Below, piece after piece: positions 25,071 through 40,000 of a stretch of 64,000 nucleotides of DNA (position 1 is its first letter; each line of letters begins with the position of its first letter). Origin of the DNA: Lytechinus pictus (taxonomy: Eukaryota); NCBI RefSeq assembly GCF_037042905.1, contig NC_087247.1, forward strand, positions 41,664,001 to 41,728,000, read 5' to 3'. The notes beneath the pieces were generated by a model, which was not told the DNA's origin, did no database searches, and saw nothing but the letters and a program-made list of their open reading frames with translations. A program made the position numbers and the translations under genes.

Positions 25071-28000
25071 GTAAATATTGAATTACACTTTTCTTTAATT
25101 TCGTAGAAAGTTATGTCATCAGCTATTCAACTTAAAAATATCACTGCGTGTGCTCTCATGCTCATGCCGAAGGCAGCTCTTGAATAGAACCGGGAAACAA
25201 GAGAGACTGACCTCGCGAAAAGGTGGGCTTGTACGGTTATAGCATATAAATACATAGATTGAGATTCCAAAGAAGAAATATCTCACATATAGCAATGATA
25301 TAACGTTCAATGGATAAACATGATAGAAATTGCATTATTTAATGTGGCAAATCTGAAATCATTAGGCCTAAAGTCATACTGCATCTTTTTGAATTGGCAT
25401 TTCTATTCTACACTTAGGGCAATTTTTGTTTTAAACAATGGTTTTATTGTTCGTATTGTGGCCACACGTCAGAATTATCATTCTTATATTCTCATGAAAT
25501 TCTAAATACATTTTAAACAGAGATATGCCTGAGCAAATTTTACTGCCAAATAAATACTACAATTAGCACAGATTGCTTTCTTAATTATTGCATAATGATT
25601 CCTGAAAAAAAACATTGTGTCATGGTATAAATTTTGTGACATAGTTTATTTCTCGAAAACAGAATATAATATGCCGACTCTGATGTATACATTCATGATT
25701 TTGATGTTGTTTAGGACGTCGTATTCTTAACCCAAGAACTTAATTCCCTCAAATAAACATTGGACCATTTTACAAGATAGCCTAACTAATTCAATGCTCT
25801 TGAGCGTTAGTAATTATCCGGTATTGATCAGTGTCATCGGGAATCCTAAGTAATTGCGTTTCTTAAACAAGGCATTTCAAAACATGTTTGAATAACTGAC
25901 AAGTGCCTTAATTGATAGAGGACTTCTGGCTAATTGATAACGGAACTGCGCCAGAGCCTATCCCGATTCGGCCAAGGAAAATCCGGAGGAAATTGATGGT
26001 GATGCTTTGAATCTGCATGACAGTTACCCTCCGAACTGACCCCCTTGAGTGTTTGGTTCTGGGTTATAAGAATTATGTGAGAAAAAGCTTTTGTTTTGGA
26101 AGCTTTGCATAGATCCTTACTCTCTCTGCTAAAGTTGTTTCACGCTTGCTCCCCCCCCCAAAAAAAAAAAAAGATTGTTTTTTTCCATAGACAAAAATCA
26201 TTATTAGAATAGCTGATATTAATAGATGTCTTGTCATCTGCAATAGAGTTTTTGGTTTGCTCATTTTTGATACTGTAACCGAATTTAGTCTCATTAGTTG
26301 TCTAATCAAATGCTTAAAGAAAGCTCAGATTTGTCGCATTATATTGTGCAAATTTTATGTATGGTGTTATTGTATTCGTCACTTAAATTCACTATTATAT
26401 TAACTTTCACACGCATTGTATTCAATGTTATCTAGAATTTCATTCATTTTACGATATAATTTAGCCAATATCGATTCAAAATCTATAATTATTTCAAGTA
26501 TCAAGACCATAAAGTTGACCACAAAATTGCATTAAGTTAAAATACACAATATGTTTCGATCAAATTTATATGCTCACATTTAGGTCTGTACATTGAATTC
26601 AGATCAGACCAGAACAAAATCATCACTGTATCTTCTCGAATCAAATTCAGTGGGCAATTTACAGGAGAGATGCAAGAATTAGCCTTCAAAATGTGGTTGA
26701 CTTGCGACCCTTCTCCAAGAGGCTAAAGGAAACTGACCGGATAGCCTGTCTCTCTTACTTTATCCTGGGAAATGTTACTAAGATTATACTTTGAAATCCA
26801 TCCCTAATGGCACGAAGCATGAAAGGGAATTGTCATTTGTTCTTATATCAGCTTTTTACGCCCTAACTTGTTATTATGACCGCATTCCAACTAATACCGA
26901 ATACCCCAACCAATACCTTATATCTGCCGACGTGGCCTATGAAGTTCATCTTTGTAAGTTTTTGTTGCATTCAATACCTGAATTAGTTGGATTAAAGTGG
27001 AAACGACTATGATGAATAGGATAATTCTGCGAAATACTCATGTATCATTAAAAATACGGTCCTTCTCTTTTTGTGTGTGGGTGTGTGTGGTGGTGTGTTT
27101 GTTGTAGTGGATATCCTTCTCTTGTCTGTGTTTGCTTGTATTTCTCTCTCTTTAACACACACGCGCACACGTACACATCATCCCACCTTTGGCAAACACG
27201 CACACATTCATTATACGGTATAATCTCACCAGGACTTGAATCCCATCCACCTGCCGTATTCCTTCCTATTCTCATCTTCAACCTGACCCTGAGATTGTCA
27301 TAGACCTGTCAGTCCATCCAATCAAACACAATGCACCGTCATCATCGGATGTGGTTATAACAAAGGCTGTAATGTAATCTTATTCTCAAACATGATATTT
27401 TGCCTCATCACTGTAATGCATAAAAATGCCTTTGAGGTTAATAAAAAAAATGTAAACATACTTATGTTACAGATTTCGGTGTAAAGTAGAATTCTGATAC
27501 AAACTTACCACTTAAGTGCAAGTAATTAGGTGACCTAAGCTTAATTACAAATAGCAAAGAGATATTGGGAAAAAGTAAAATTCAAGGGTCCTTATTATCC
27601 TATGTACTTGGATGGAGTTGTCGTACACAGAGATTTTGTCTATTCCTTCGTTTACAGATTACACACAGTCCGAAATTCATTTGATTTCGTAATCAGTATA
27701 TGATCATGTTGATCTATTCCTGTAATGAAAAGGGGAGCAGTACCCTTCTCAAAATATATGAAAATAGTTTTCAGTTATTCGACAGAACGAATTGGATCAC
27801 TAACGATTCACTTAAAGTACCCAAATTCACCCCTGCCCCCAAAGGCCCATATTTTCGTTTTAAATTTGGATGGTACCTTTCATGTTTGTCTATGGCTTAA
27901 TCTCCCTATTAGTCCGGGTTATAATTGAGCAAGGTGCCACACGGAAAAGGAGAAATTTTCATATAGTGCCTCTAGACCAGTTTTTTACGCTGAATATGAA

Positions 28001-31000
28001 TATATGAGGTAACCAGGCTGTATCCTGAAAATTAACCCGTGAGGGCGCTTTTTTCAAAATGGCCGCCAAATTTTCAGAACATTTGAATTTTCGTACATAG
28101 ATTTTGACATGAACATTTCATTGCCACAAAATTAGTGTCATATGAAAGACAAATAAATTTCCTACAATTTGGTACCATTTACAGGGGATAAATAAGTCAT
28201 TTGGCTGAGATTTTAAGTAGAAAACTGCATTTTTTGTCATTTTTTTCAAAAAATTGAAAATTTTGCAAATACATGATTTTACATAATTCTAAGAAAAATG
28301 AATCAATTATCTTGAAATGTTCCAAAAATCTTTATTGATATACTATTATCATGTGGATGAAATTCCAACTCTGTATCATTCTTTTTAGCAAATTTATAAG
28401 GTATCAAACTTGAATACTTCAATTTCAGAAATGTCGCTTTTTGTATGCATTTTCATAGACTAATACGTATAACATGTATAATATGTATAATGTATAGTTA
28501 CAAATTAAATGCAATTATCTCTGCTCGTTAATCACTTGGATAGTTAAAAGTAGGCTTTTCTCTATCAGCTACATAAAACAAAATGTTGGCACATCAAGGC
28601 CTAACACTCTCATGGGGTGGGGGTGTCGAAGCCCCCCCCCCCTTGGCTATATCATGTTGTTGTATATTGCCTATTTGTTGCAAAAAATCACTGTTTTTTG
28701 GAGCACCCATTGAAGCAAAAACAGGCATTTCTACTATACAGTACAACCACTTTGATTGCTTTGAAACCACTTGGATAGGAAAGAGTAGGCTTTGTTCTAC
28801 CAGCTACATCCAAAGAAGTGCCAACATCGAAGCCTACCCCTCTCGGGGGGGGGGGGGGGCTTTTGCTTAATATTGCATATTTATTTGAAAATTCACAATT
28901 TTTTTAGGCCAAAGAGCGTTTGTGCTTTGTTGTACACCCCATTTTATTGATTTGAAACCACTTAGAAAAGAGTATAGTTTGTTCTACCAGCTACATATAA
29001 ATAAGCACTGGCACATCGAACCCTAGCCCTCAGTCTCAGGGGCTGTCTAAGTCACCCCCCTCTATATCAAGTATATTGCCGATTTATTGGATATTTCACC
29101 ATTTTAGATCACCCATTGAGGCAAAAGCGCGTTCCTACTATATATATAGTACAGCCAATTTTATTTTCTTGCAATGACTTTGAGAAGAAAGAGTAGGCTT
29201 TGCTCTATCAGCTACATAAGTGTTGGCAAATCGAAGCCTATCTCCTTCAGGCGGCTTTCGAAGTTACCCCACTAATTTTCGGTATTTGGCTATTTGTTGA
29301 AAAGTCACCATTTTGGAGCCCCCATTGAAGCAAAAAGGTGTCTCTGATATATAGTTCTGCCACTTTTATTGCCTTGAAACCATTTAGAGAGGAAAGAATA
29401 GGCTTTGCTCTACAGGGTTGTTTGATTTAAATCATGTCGATTTAAATCATGATTTAAATCGCGATTTAAATCACTTGATTTTTTTCAAAAAAATCACTGA
29501 TTTAAATCAACTTTTATGAAAAAAATTAATTTTCTCTATTTTCTCTTCTTCTTAACAGATATTTTCAATGTAATCATTTTCATTTCTGTTCCACATGCTT
29601 TAGAGATACTTTAAAAGAATGATACACCCTCATGGAGTCTGATTTAACAGTAACACCACTGTTTTATTTTCAAATTGTAAAACAAGCAAAACTGATGAAA
29701 ACAACAAGTTTCCAACGAAGTAATGATAAATAACTCTTTGTATGTACACCAAACTGTTAAATCTTCAATAAAATAATATATAAAATCTACAAAGGTGCTC
29801 AAAGTCCACAACTCGGATACTTTTACAAAACAGCTGAACTACTTGTATGTACCTCCTTCTTGTTACTATTAGTACCCATTCTTTCAATTACTTAAGTTGC
29901 AAAACCCTTTGTTTATTAGCTATTACCAGCTGTTAGTTGGGAAGTCCCCCATGTGATAGTTCTAGGAAATATTCCTAGCTAAAATCCCCCATGTGATAAT
30001 TCTAGGAAATAATCCCAGCTAGAATTCCCAAGGGCAGTATAGGAACCCTAACAGGCCTTTAATAATGTCAATTTTGTTGGAAATTCTCAAGTTCTTTGAG
30101 TACTTCATGCATTGGAGTAACACTTCGGATGTTTTGAACTGACTGATATAAAAATTTCAAGAGTTTAAATGTATACATAATACATAACATTACTTGGGCT
30201 TCCATAAAATGTCCCTCTCTATAATGCAAATGAATTAAAAAAAAAAAATTACCTGTATATAAGTGGATTATTGTGTCAAATAGTACAATACACAATGTTC
30301 AAAAGACTACTTGACCACTATTATTGGTGTAAAACAGTTTAAATATAGTTTAAAACTTGTTAAGTGTGACCATTATTTTTCGTTGGAAAAAAATCCAAAA
30401 AAATCTGATTTAAATCATAAAAATCTGATTTAAATAAAAAAAAAATCAGATTTTTTTATTTTTTTTAAAAAATCAAAAAAATCAACAACCCTGTTGCTCT
30501 ATCAGCTGCATAATTTTGTGCTGGCAAATAAAAGCCTACCCCTTCCGGGGGCTGTCGAAATCAGCCCCCTCACCTCTTTGCGTTATTGCCTATTTATTGG
30601 AAATTCACAATTTTTGAGCCCCCATTGAGGTAAAGAGGCATCACTGATATATAGTTCTGCCACTTTTACTGCCTTGAAACCAATTAAGGAGGAAAGAATA
30701 TGCTCTGCTCTATAAAGAAGTGCTGGCACATTGAAGCATACCCATCTGGGTGGCTGTCAAATCTCCCCACCCCTCTTGCATTATTGCCTAATTATTTGAA
30801 AATTCACAATTTTTGAGCCCCCATTGAGGCGATATGCACTTCTGCTGTATAAAACACCCAATTTCTCTTTCTTGAAACCACTTGGAGAGGAAAGAGTAGG
30901 TTCCCCTCTTTCAGATATATATAACGAATTGCTGCCATATCGAAGCCTGACCCACTTCAGGGGACGATACATGTAGATGTTACCCCACCTTTTTTACGAT

Positions 31001-34000
31001 TTTACCCCACCTTTTTTACGATTTTTGCCAATTCATTGGAAAACTCGCCATTTTGGAGTCCATTTGAGGCAAAAAACGTGTTTCTGGTATATAGTAGAGC
31101 CACTTCTTTATATGTACCTGTTAGAGGAAAGCCTACTCTTTCCTCTCCAAGTAGTTTTAAGGTGGTAATAGTGGCAGAACTGTATATCAGAACCGCCTTT
31201 TTGCCTAAATGGGGGCTCAAAAATGGTCAATTTTCCAATAAATAAGCAATAATGAAATAGGGGTGGGGTGAATTCAACAGCCCTCTGATGGGGATAGGCC
31301 TTTTTTGCGAGCATGTCTTTATATGTAGCTGTTAAAGCAAAGCCTATTCTTTTTCTCTCCAAATGTTTTCAAGGGTGAAAAACGGCAGAAACATAATCAG
31401 AAATGACTTTCTGCCTCAATGGGGGCTCCAAAGTGGTGACTTTTTCAATAAGTAGGCAATGCAAAAGGGATGGGTGATTTCGACAGCCTCCTGGAAGGGG
31501 TAGGCTTTTATTTGCCTGCACCTTTATATGTGGCTGATAAAGCAAAACCTATTATTTCCTCCCTTAGTGGTTTCAAGGCATTAAAAGTGGCAGAACTATA
31601 TATCAGAAACGCCTTTTTGCGTAAATGGGGGCTTCAAAATGGTGAATTTTTCAATAATTATGCTATAATGCAAAAGGGATGGGGTGGTTTCAACAGCTTC
31701 CCGGAGGGGGTAGGCTTTTCTTTGCCAGCACTTGTTTATATATGTAGCTGATAGAGCAAAGCCTACTCTTTCCTCTCCAAGTCATTGCAAGAAAATGAAA
31801 TTGGCTGTACTATATAGTAGAAACGCACTTTTGCCTCAATGGGCGATTCAAAATGGTGTAATTTCCAATAAATAGGCAATATACATGATATAGAGGGGGA
31901 GGGGTTGACTTAGACAGCCCCTGAGTGGGATAGGTTTCGATGTGCCAGCGCTTCTTAATAATATGTAGCTGATAGAGCAAAGTCTAAGCTTTTCTCTCCA
32001 AGTAATTGCAAGAAAATAAAATTGGCTGTATGATATAGAAACGCCCTTATGCCTCAATGGGTGATCCAAAATGGTGAAATTTTCTATAAGTAGGCAATAT
32101 ACATGATATAGAGGAGGGGGTGACTTTGACAGCCCCTGAGAGGGCTAGGGTTCGATCTGCTAGCGCTTATTTATGTAGCTGGTAGAAGTAATTCTACTCT
32201 CTCAAAGCAATAAAATACTATAAAGCACAAACACTTTTTTACCTCAATGTTGGGTCAAAAATGGTGAATTTCCAAATAAATTGGCAATTAGCAAAAGGGG
32301 GAGGGGTGACTTCCCCAGCGCCCCCCCCCCCCCCGAGAGGGGTTGGCTACGATGTACGTGCCACTTCTTTTGATGTAGCTGGTAGAACAAAGCCTACTCT
32401 TTTCCTCTCCAAGTGGTTTGAAAGTAATTAAAGTGGCTGTATTGTATAGCAGAAATGCCTTTTGCCTCAATGGGTGCTCCAAAAAAAACAGTGATTTTTT
32501 CCAACAAATAGGCAATATACAACAACATGATATAGCCAAGGGGGGGGGGGCTTCGACACCCCCACCCCATGAGAGTGTTATGCCTTGATGTGCCAACATT
32601 TTGTTTTATGTAGCTGATAGAGAAAAGCCTACTTTTAACTATCCAAGTGATTAACGAGCAGAGATAATTGCATTTAATTTGTAACTATACATTATACACA
32701 TTATACATGTTATACGTATTAGTCTATGGAAATGCATACAAAAAGCGACATTTCCGAAATTGAAGTATTCAAGTTTGATACCTTATAAATTTGCTAAGAA
32801 GAATGATACAGAGTTGGAATTTCATCCACATGATAATAGTATATCAATAAAGTTTTTTGGAACATTTCAAGATAATTGATTCATTTTTCTTAGAATTATG
32901 TAAAATCATATATTTGCAAAATTTTCAATTTTTTGAAAAAAATGACAAAAAATGCAGTTTTCTACTTAAAATCTCAGCCAAATGACTTATTTATCCCCTG
33001 TAAATGGTACCAAATTGTAGGAAATTTATTTGTCTTTCATATGACACTAATTTTGTGGCAATGGAATGTTTATGTCAAAATCTATGTACGAAAATTCAAA
33101 TGTTCTGAAAATTTGGCGGCCATTTTGAAAAAAGCGCCCTCATGGGTTAATTTTCAGGATACAGCCTGGTTACCTCATATATTCATATTCAGCGTGAAAA
33201 ACTGGTCTAGAAGCACTATATGAAAATTTCTCCTTTTCCGTGTGGCACCTTGCTCAATTATAACCCGGACTATATAGCATGGTAAATACACGAGTGAACT
33301 CCCAATGATGCTCTTAATAATACTGTACGTTAGATTTATTAGATGTGGGTCACTGATTAGGTGGGACGCCGTTCTTGAAATATGGAGGATGACCAGCGTC
33401 CCGGCCAGCGTCGAAGAAGACACAAACCTCTCTGACAGCTCTGAAGCACGTTTTAATGTTTAACAGCATTTCATTCAAATATTGTATATTTAAGAATTAC
33501 TTATTCTAACGTAAAAATGGACTAACCACTGAAGTGTTGTTTCCATTTTCATGATCTTCGTGTCACGTTTTAAGTACTGAAACGTAAATTTATTGTATTG
33601 TTTTACCCCGAAAGGTAAATAACGGTGGGTTTTTTTCGGGAACATAATTTGGAACGATATCCTTTCTAAAAGGGGAAAATGAAATGAAATTAGCTAAAAA
33701 AAATATACATGCATATGACGGCATCAATCAATTTCATTTCTAATACTGCAGTCACATTTCCCATACAGCGGCCGTACAGCGATTTTAAACCTCCTTGGTA
33801 GCTGGTACGGCCGCCGAAGGGGCGGTGTGCCTGCACCATTAATTTAGGTTTTTTGTGTGCTCAATCGCGTTGCTCACTCACACACAAATGCCCATGTTTC
33901 AGTCATGAAGCTATTGTTTAGTAATATTATGTACAATAATTGTCAGGGGCATAAAAGGGATCATTGCCCCCCTTTTTGAGAATGCATCCTTGAGTAGGCA

Positions 34001-37000
34001 TAGATCTTCACTAAGAAAAACATATGCTTTGAAACATACAACCCGAATATACGCCAATATTGTCTGTTATTTTTAACTTCTATCACTACTTCTGTCACTT
34101 TTTAATATTTCCAAACAGAAATCTACTCGAATGATTTACTTTGTGCATAAAATCTGAAAATATCACATATAGTTGAAAGTACATGGGTGTTGCTAGCGTA
34201 TTGTACAGGTGATCTGATTAGCAGTATCTTTATAGATCGATACGGAAGTATTCGGATTGAGATATGAATCTATCAGGAAGGCATTGAACGTGCATGTGAC
34301 CATGATGAATTTTCCACCATACCCTAACACACCCACTCCAACACATATACCTGCACACCCCTGCTCTAACTCACACTTTTACACAGACACCCGTATACCA
34401 TTCCACACATATACGCACACCCCCCCCCCCCCCCCCCACACACACACACTTGTAATTTGACAATCGGGGACTAATTTTCGTTAATTGCCAAACTGAGGAC
34501 GTGGGTTTGCGGTCTCTTAAACTGGAATTCAACTAACCGGGCTCATTTTCGGATACAAGGTGAGCATAGCCCAGGCTCCATACGCACGCAACTTGAGTTT
34601 AATTGGCCGAACGCGATCTTTAAAATGGTCATGCATTTACTATATATACAGTGCGTACAAAAAAAAATTACACTTGGAAAAAATCCTGTAATATTATACA
34701 TTTGTAATATCCTGAAAATTTGTCCACATTTTAACATTGGTACAGATTAATTTAAGCAAAATGACGATATAATTGTCGAAAAATATTTCCGCTTGAGTGA
34801 GCACCGCTTACTTTTGAAAAATTAGTGAATTATGATTTGCGCAGAACTTTGAAATAGTTATGCGAATAAAAGTACACCTTAATCATGAAGAACACGTGGA
34901 ATTTAGCTAGTAAAATGGATTCGATATTATCTTTTACCTTTTTTAACTTGTTTCCTTGCCCAAAACACTTCGAAGAGTGCATCGCGCCCCACCCCACTCC
35001 CACACACACCGAGGCCATCGTGACGATATTTGCTTTACACTGAGCTGTGATTTACATGAAAAGGCTTAGGCTTGATTTTCATTTTGTTATACATTGTCAA
35101 GCTTGGAAAAAGTATGGAGAAACAAGTATTAAATGAAAAATGAATGTAAACCCAGTTTAAATGATAAAAACTTAGTAAAACAAATGCTGGAGATGTCTCC
35201 TCAGATCCAGCTAGCACAAAAAGTGTAAAAGTTGTGCTTACCAAGTGTTGAAATTTAAATTTGGCGGCAAAATTGTTACAAAATGCTTGAATGTATCCGT
35301 TTTATTTCAATTAACTAAAAGTGCAAGGGAAATGTATGAGAAATGTTTCGCAGGGTAAGTTTGATTTCGCCCTTTCCCCTTGACACAGCGTGAAAACAAG
35401 CGTTTCTGCGCAAACAGATTTTTGCGAGCTTTACAAAAATGGACAGTGCTCACTCAAGTGTAACATTCTGTCAAAACTTTTACTTTCATTAGATAGATGA
35501 GACCCATACCCAAGATAATTATGTGAAAAAATTACCTACATGTTGTATATTTTTTAATTCCCAGGGCTTTTTCAAAGTGTAAACTTTTTTTTGATACGCA
35601 CTGTATAAAACGGTTTGAAATGAGATTTAATATGAACTTAATTCGACTTAAAAATTTATCTGAAAATTTGTGTTCAATATACATATTTTTTAATTATATC
35701 ATATACCCATGTCCCCAAGAGCTACACTCTTAAAAAGGTTGGGCAAAAATGACCCAATCTTTAACCATCCCTGGGCAACATACTGTCCACACAACTATTG
35801 GTTAAAATCTGTCCAAATCTGGTAATAAAAACTAATAATTGGGTAATAAATTTGCTCAATTGGATAATAATTGCCCAGAATATATATATTTTTTTACCAA
35901 CATACATTACTCAACACAGTGGACAGTATTTTGCCCAACATTTTAATGTGTACACGGACATCAAACTTACAATAGCATATCATTTAGAATTCATTCTTAA
36001 ATTTATTTAACCAAAGAAACATTTCATTTCGGGTTATTTCAAAGAGCATAAGTCAGCCCATTGCTCTGTTTAATCATAGGTTAATAAAATTGATTAAATT
36101 TTTGAAGATGAACATTCATCATCTATTGACTTTCCTTGTCTAGTTAACCTTACACTATACCGACATTGATAAACATTGCGTCAAGTTAGTAGATTAGATA
36201 AAGCTGGTTTCCGATTGGAAAGATCTTACTATAATGACTGCAATATAGAATGTGGTTTGATCAGCAAAAGAATTAGGCTGGTTAAATATGTAATGTTATA
36301 CAATATAAACACGGATCATTAATTTATAGATTGTTTCCATAGAAGCGTGAATATGATAATGTACCATTTTTTTATATCTTTAATACATTGGAGCGGGTGA
36401 ATAAAACGACCACTAATGGAATATATAATTAAGCAATTTCCCAAAAATAATAACTATTATCTTTTGAATGATTTTCATTGAAAATTCATTCATTCGTTCC
36501 TCGCATATTTCTGCTCTTAAAAGAACCAATTTGACGAAAGGTTTGCTATTTCCCAGAGTGTCAAGAAATAAAGCTCCATAAACTAAAGTTTCTTAGCCAT
36601 CTTGATCTTGATCTTCACTTGACTTTATAAAATAATCAAGAGGTCAGCCAAAAAAGAAATCCTGAATTGAAAGTGCACACGATATAGGAAACAGGTGGTT
36701 GATTCTTTATTTCTTGATTGTCCGATTCGTTCACTTTCTTCCCCGGATGCGTAAAATTTGATGAGCCATGTTGTACCCTGCGGGAAAGATTTCGTTTGGC
36801 CTTTAAACAAAACGCCAAATGTCACGTCTGGTAAAGGAGTAGATTGTCAACATACAGTGACGGGAAGAGGGCAAAGAGGAAGCTAATCTATACTGTAACC
36901 AATTGTATTTTATTTACTTGAAAAATTACAGTACAGCTTGACAACAGCATATTGAAGAAAATCTACGATAGCTATTAAATATAAAACATAGAAAACGTAA

Positions 37001-40000
37001 AACAACGGCAAATGGAAAACATCTTATAATCCTTTTTTTTCTGTTTATGGATGGAGGGGGTGGGTTAGCCTTCATTTCAATGGACCCCAAAATAATTATA
37101 ACAACAAGTGAAAGTAATCATTTTTAACTGAGTTTCAATACTGCCCTCCCCTTGAAAAAAAATAGAAAAAAAGGATATCTTCAAAGATTCAAAATGAGTG
37201 TTCATAAAACTAATTAAGAAGTATCAGATGGAGACCAATAAATAATACAATATCAAAAGATCACAAAGCCAGAGGATTTCTTTAAAGAATATGAATATTC
37301 AAGAAAGATGATAGAAAGTAGGCCTACATAATTTCAGGTAAAAATTTGCCCAAACTGATTTAGTAATTTCGGCTCTGATATTAGAATGGATGTATTTTTT
37401 CCCCTATTTTGGGGGGGTTATTTGTAATTCTTACTTTATCAAAGTACACTTTTATTATTTCAACTAGTGAAATCTGTAAATATTTGTGATAACATATTGT
37501 GAACGGCATTTCTATGTCAAAAAATCAAGGCTCTGATCTTAAAGTCTGATTTTGATGTTTCAAATTATTTTGGTACATTCAAATTTATCCCTAAAGTTTA
37601 ATTATACCCTTTGACTGCAATGAACGTGACAAATACGGCTATTGTTTAATGTCCTCGTAAGAGAAGTAATTTAATCATCAGATCATTATCATGATTTACA
37701 ACATCCGATATCTTGCTCGTCAAGTTCCAATCAATTAGGGTACTTCCCCGTATGCAGCATATGACATCAGTTATCAATAAGCACCTATTCTTATAGATGC
37801 ATTTTCGTGACACTGGTTCGCATATAAATACTGGCGCCAAGTTTTAACAAGACGGCATTAACATTATTAACATACAAGTTCGACACGTTCCTCGATTATA
37901 TACCACTGTTTGATTTTACATTTGTGAAACACATGTTTGATGTTCTTAAAATTTTATCAATGGTTAGAAGAAGTTTTGCGCTTCAGTTCTTCATTTAACT
38001 GGTACGTTGGTGTCAAAACAGTGTATTGTTTTAAAATTATTCTTATGTATTACGTTTTTCGTACAATGGCGAAGAAATAATATTATGACAAAATATTCCA
38101 TCATTCTCAGTTGACTGTACGACAGGGTTCCTGTCATATCAACAGAAAAGGGAAACAGGCTCAAGAAAATATGCGAGCCACTATAGTATTGTTATACAGA
38201 GATTTTGAAATTCGTCTGCAAAGAAAATTGAATTGCACTTAAGCTAGATCAAAGCTTCATGATGACGTCATATATATATCGTGTAACCTGCAGTGCCCTA
38301 GAGACAGATTCAGAGACGTTGATCCAATATGAAAGATATTCATTCTCCAATTAATAACAATTAAGTGTCAAGTTTATGTGTGTCATTAGTCAAGTTAGTC
38401 CCAAGAAGCTTAAATCTATTCCTGTTTCTAACATCCCCCATTAAAGAAAATTGGGAGAAACAAATGAGTCTTTTTAGAAGTCCACACATACATCAGATTC
38501 TTATAAATCAATCAACGAAAGGAATTTCTGAACAAAATCACAAAGGATAAAACCTGCAAACATGATTCCAATTCAGTGAATTAAAATATCGGCCTCCTAA
38601 TCGTAATTACACAATATTAGACTCACATTTTTACACTTTCTTTCTCTTTTGAGCGCTTTACCATCATTAAAGTTCACATTTGAGTGGGAAATAAAGTGTT
38701 TCTTTTTTTCAGGAGCATGATCAATGTCTTGGAATTTATTCCTGTATACAACGAAGTGTACTTAAAATGCATCTAATCTTTAAAAATACAAACATTCCTC
38801 ACTCGGAATTCGAACAGGAAATATTGAATATTCGTCAATCACAATTTATTAATCGATATTAATAAGTTATGAATTGATGATGTAAAAATACATGATCTTA
38901 TTCGATCGAGATGATGTGTCAAAATGTGATCCCTTGCCTTATCTGAAGATTTTATATAGTGTTTTATTCATTCAACAACATGTTTTCAGCAATATTTGAT
39001 CGCAAGCGGTTGTATCATTTTTTCACCCGATCTAGTCTTATGGGTGACTAATAATCACAATGATTTGGGATTTTGTCCCTCTCCGTTTGTAATTGGGACA
39101 AAATTCGATTGGTCTAGACCCTTATTAGCCAAGATCTTACTCATCCAGAGTTTTGTTGATTAGATAACGAAGTCAATCGCCCAGTGGTACCACGGCACTA
39201 AATCACTCTTCTTTTATTTTAATAAGTAGCAGTTGGGTATTCATCTTTGAGCTGTAATCATAGTAATGGTATCCATGTCCCCCCCTTTTTTTACAACAAA
39301 ATCTTATTAAATTCAAAATAATACCTTTATTACTAATGTTTGAAATTTTATACTATTCATTATCTATGCGATTCAAAAGCAAAATAAAGAAAAAGGACGA
39401 TTGTGCTATTCTGATTTTTTTTGTATCCACGTATATTCAATTATGCATGCGGTGTAAAAGGGCACAGTTTGAATAATTAAACAAAAATTAATGTAAAGTA
39501 TATTACTCCTTTGTCAAAACAAACTTCTCACAGCTACTTTAATACATTCGTTGTTTTTTTTGCAATATGTAGACGTGCAAAGTTTACCTGCTGTTGAATT
39601 AGAAAAATGATAAACAAGAAGGCTGTTTACTTGCACTGTTTGTTGCTTTCGTGAGTCATAGAAAAGAGGGAAAGGATAAGGGGATATCGGCTTATTTTAC
39701 TACGGGAAGAGATGAATATTGCATAAAAATACATTACTTCAGACAATGATCGGTATTAATAATAATAATAATAATAGTGATAATAAATGATAATAATAAT
39801 AATTTATTTACCTAGGGTACCCACTTCAGGTTAAAAAAAACTGCCCTATCAGCGGGCCTTGCATTCACGCTCCAATGACATATTATTACCCTTCTTCAAT
39901 CTAAATTTTAAGCGCCTAGCAAGAAGGCAAAATGTCTCATTTTCATAAGTCTTTGGTATGACTCGGCCGGGGATCGAACCCACGACCTCCCGATCATGAG

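Noticed and set aside
28583-33223. Paired similar ORFs 28583..28870 and 32288..32599 and other ORFs in the foldback
   Set aside because: Mirror copies caused by the inverted arms; no transposase motifs.
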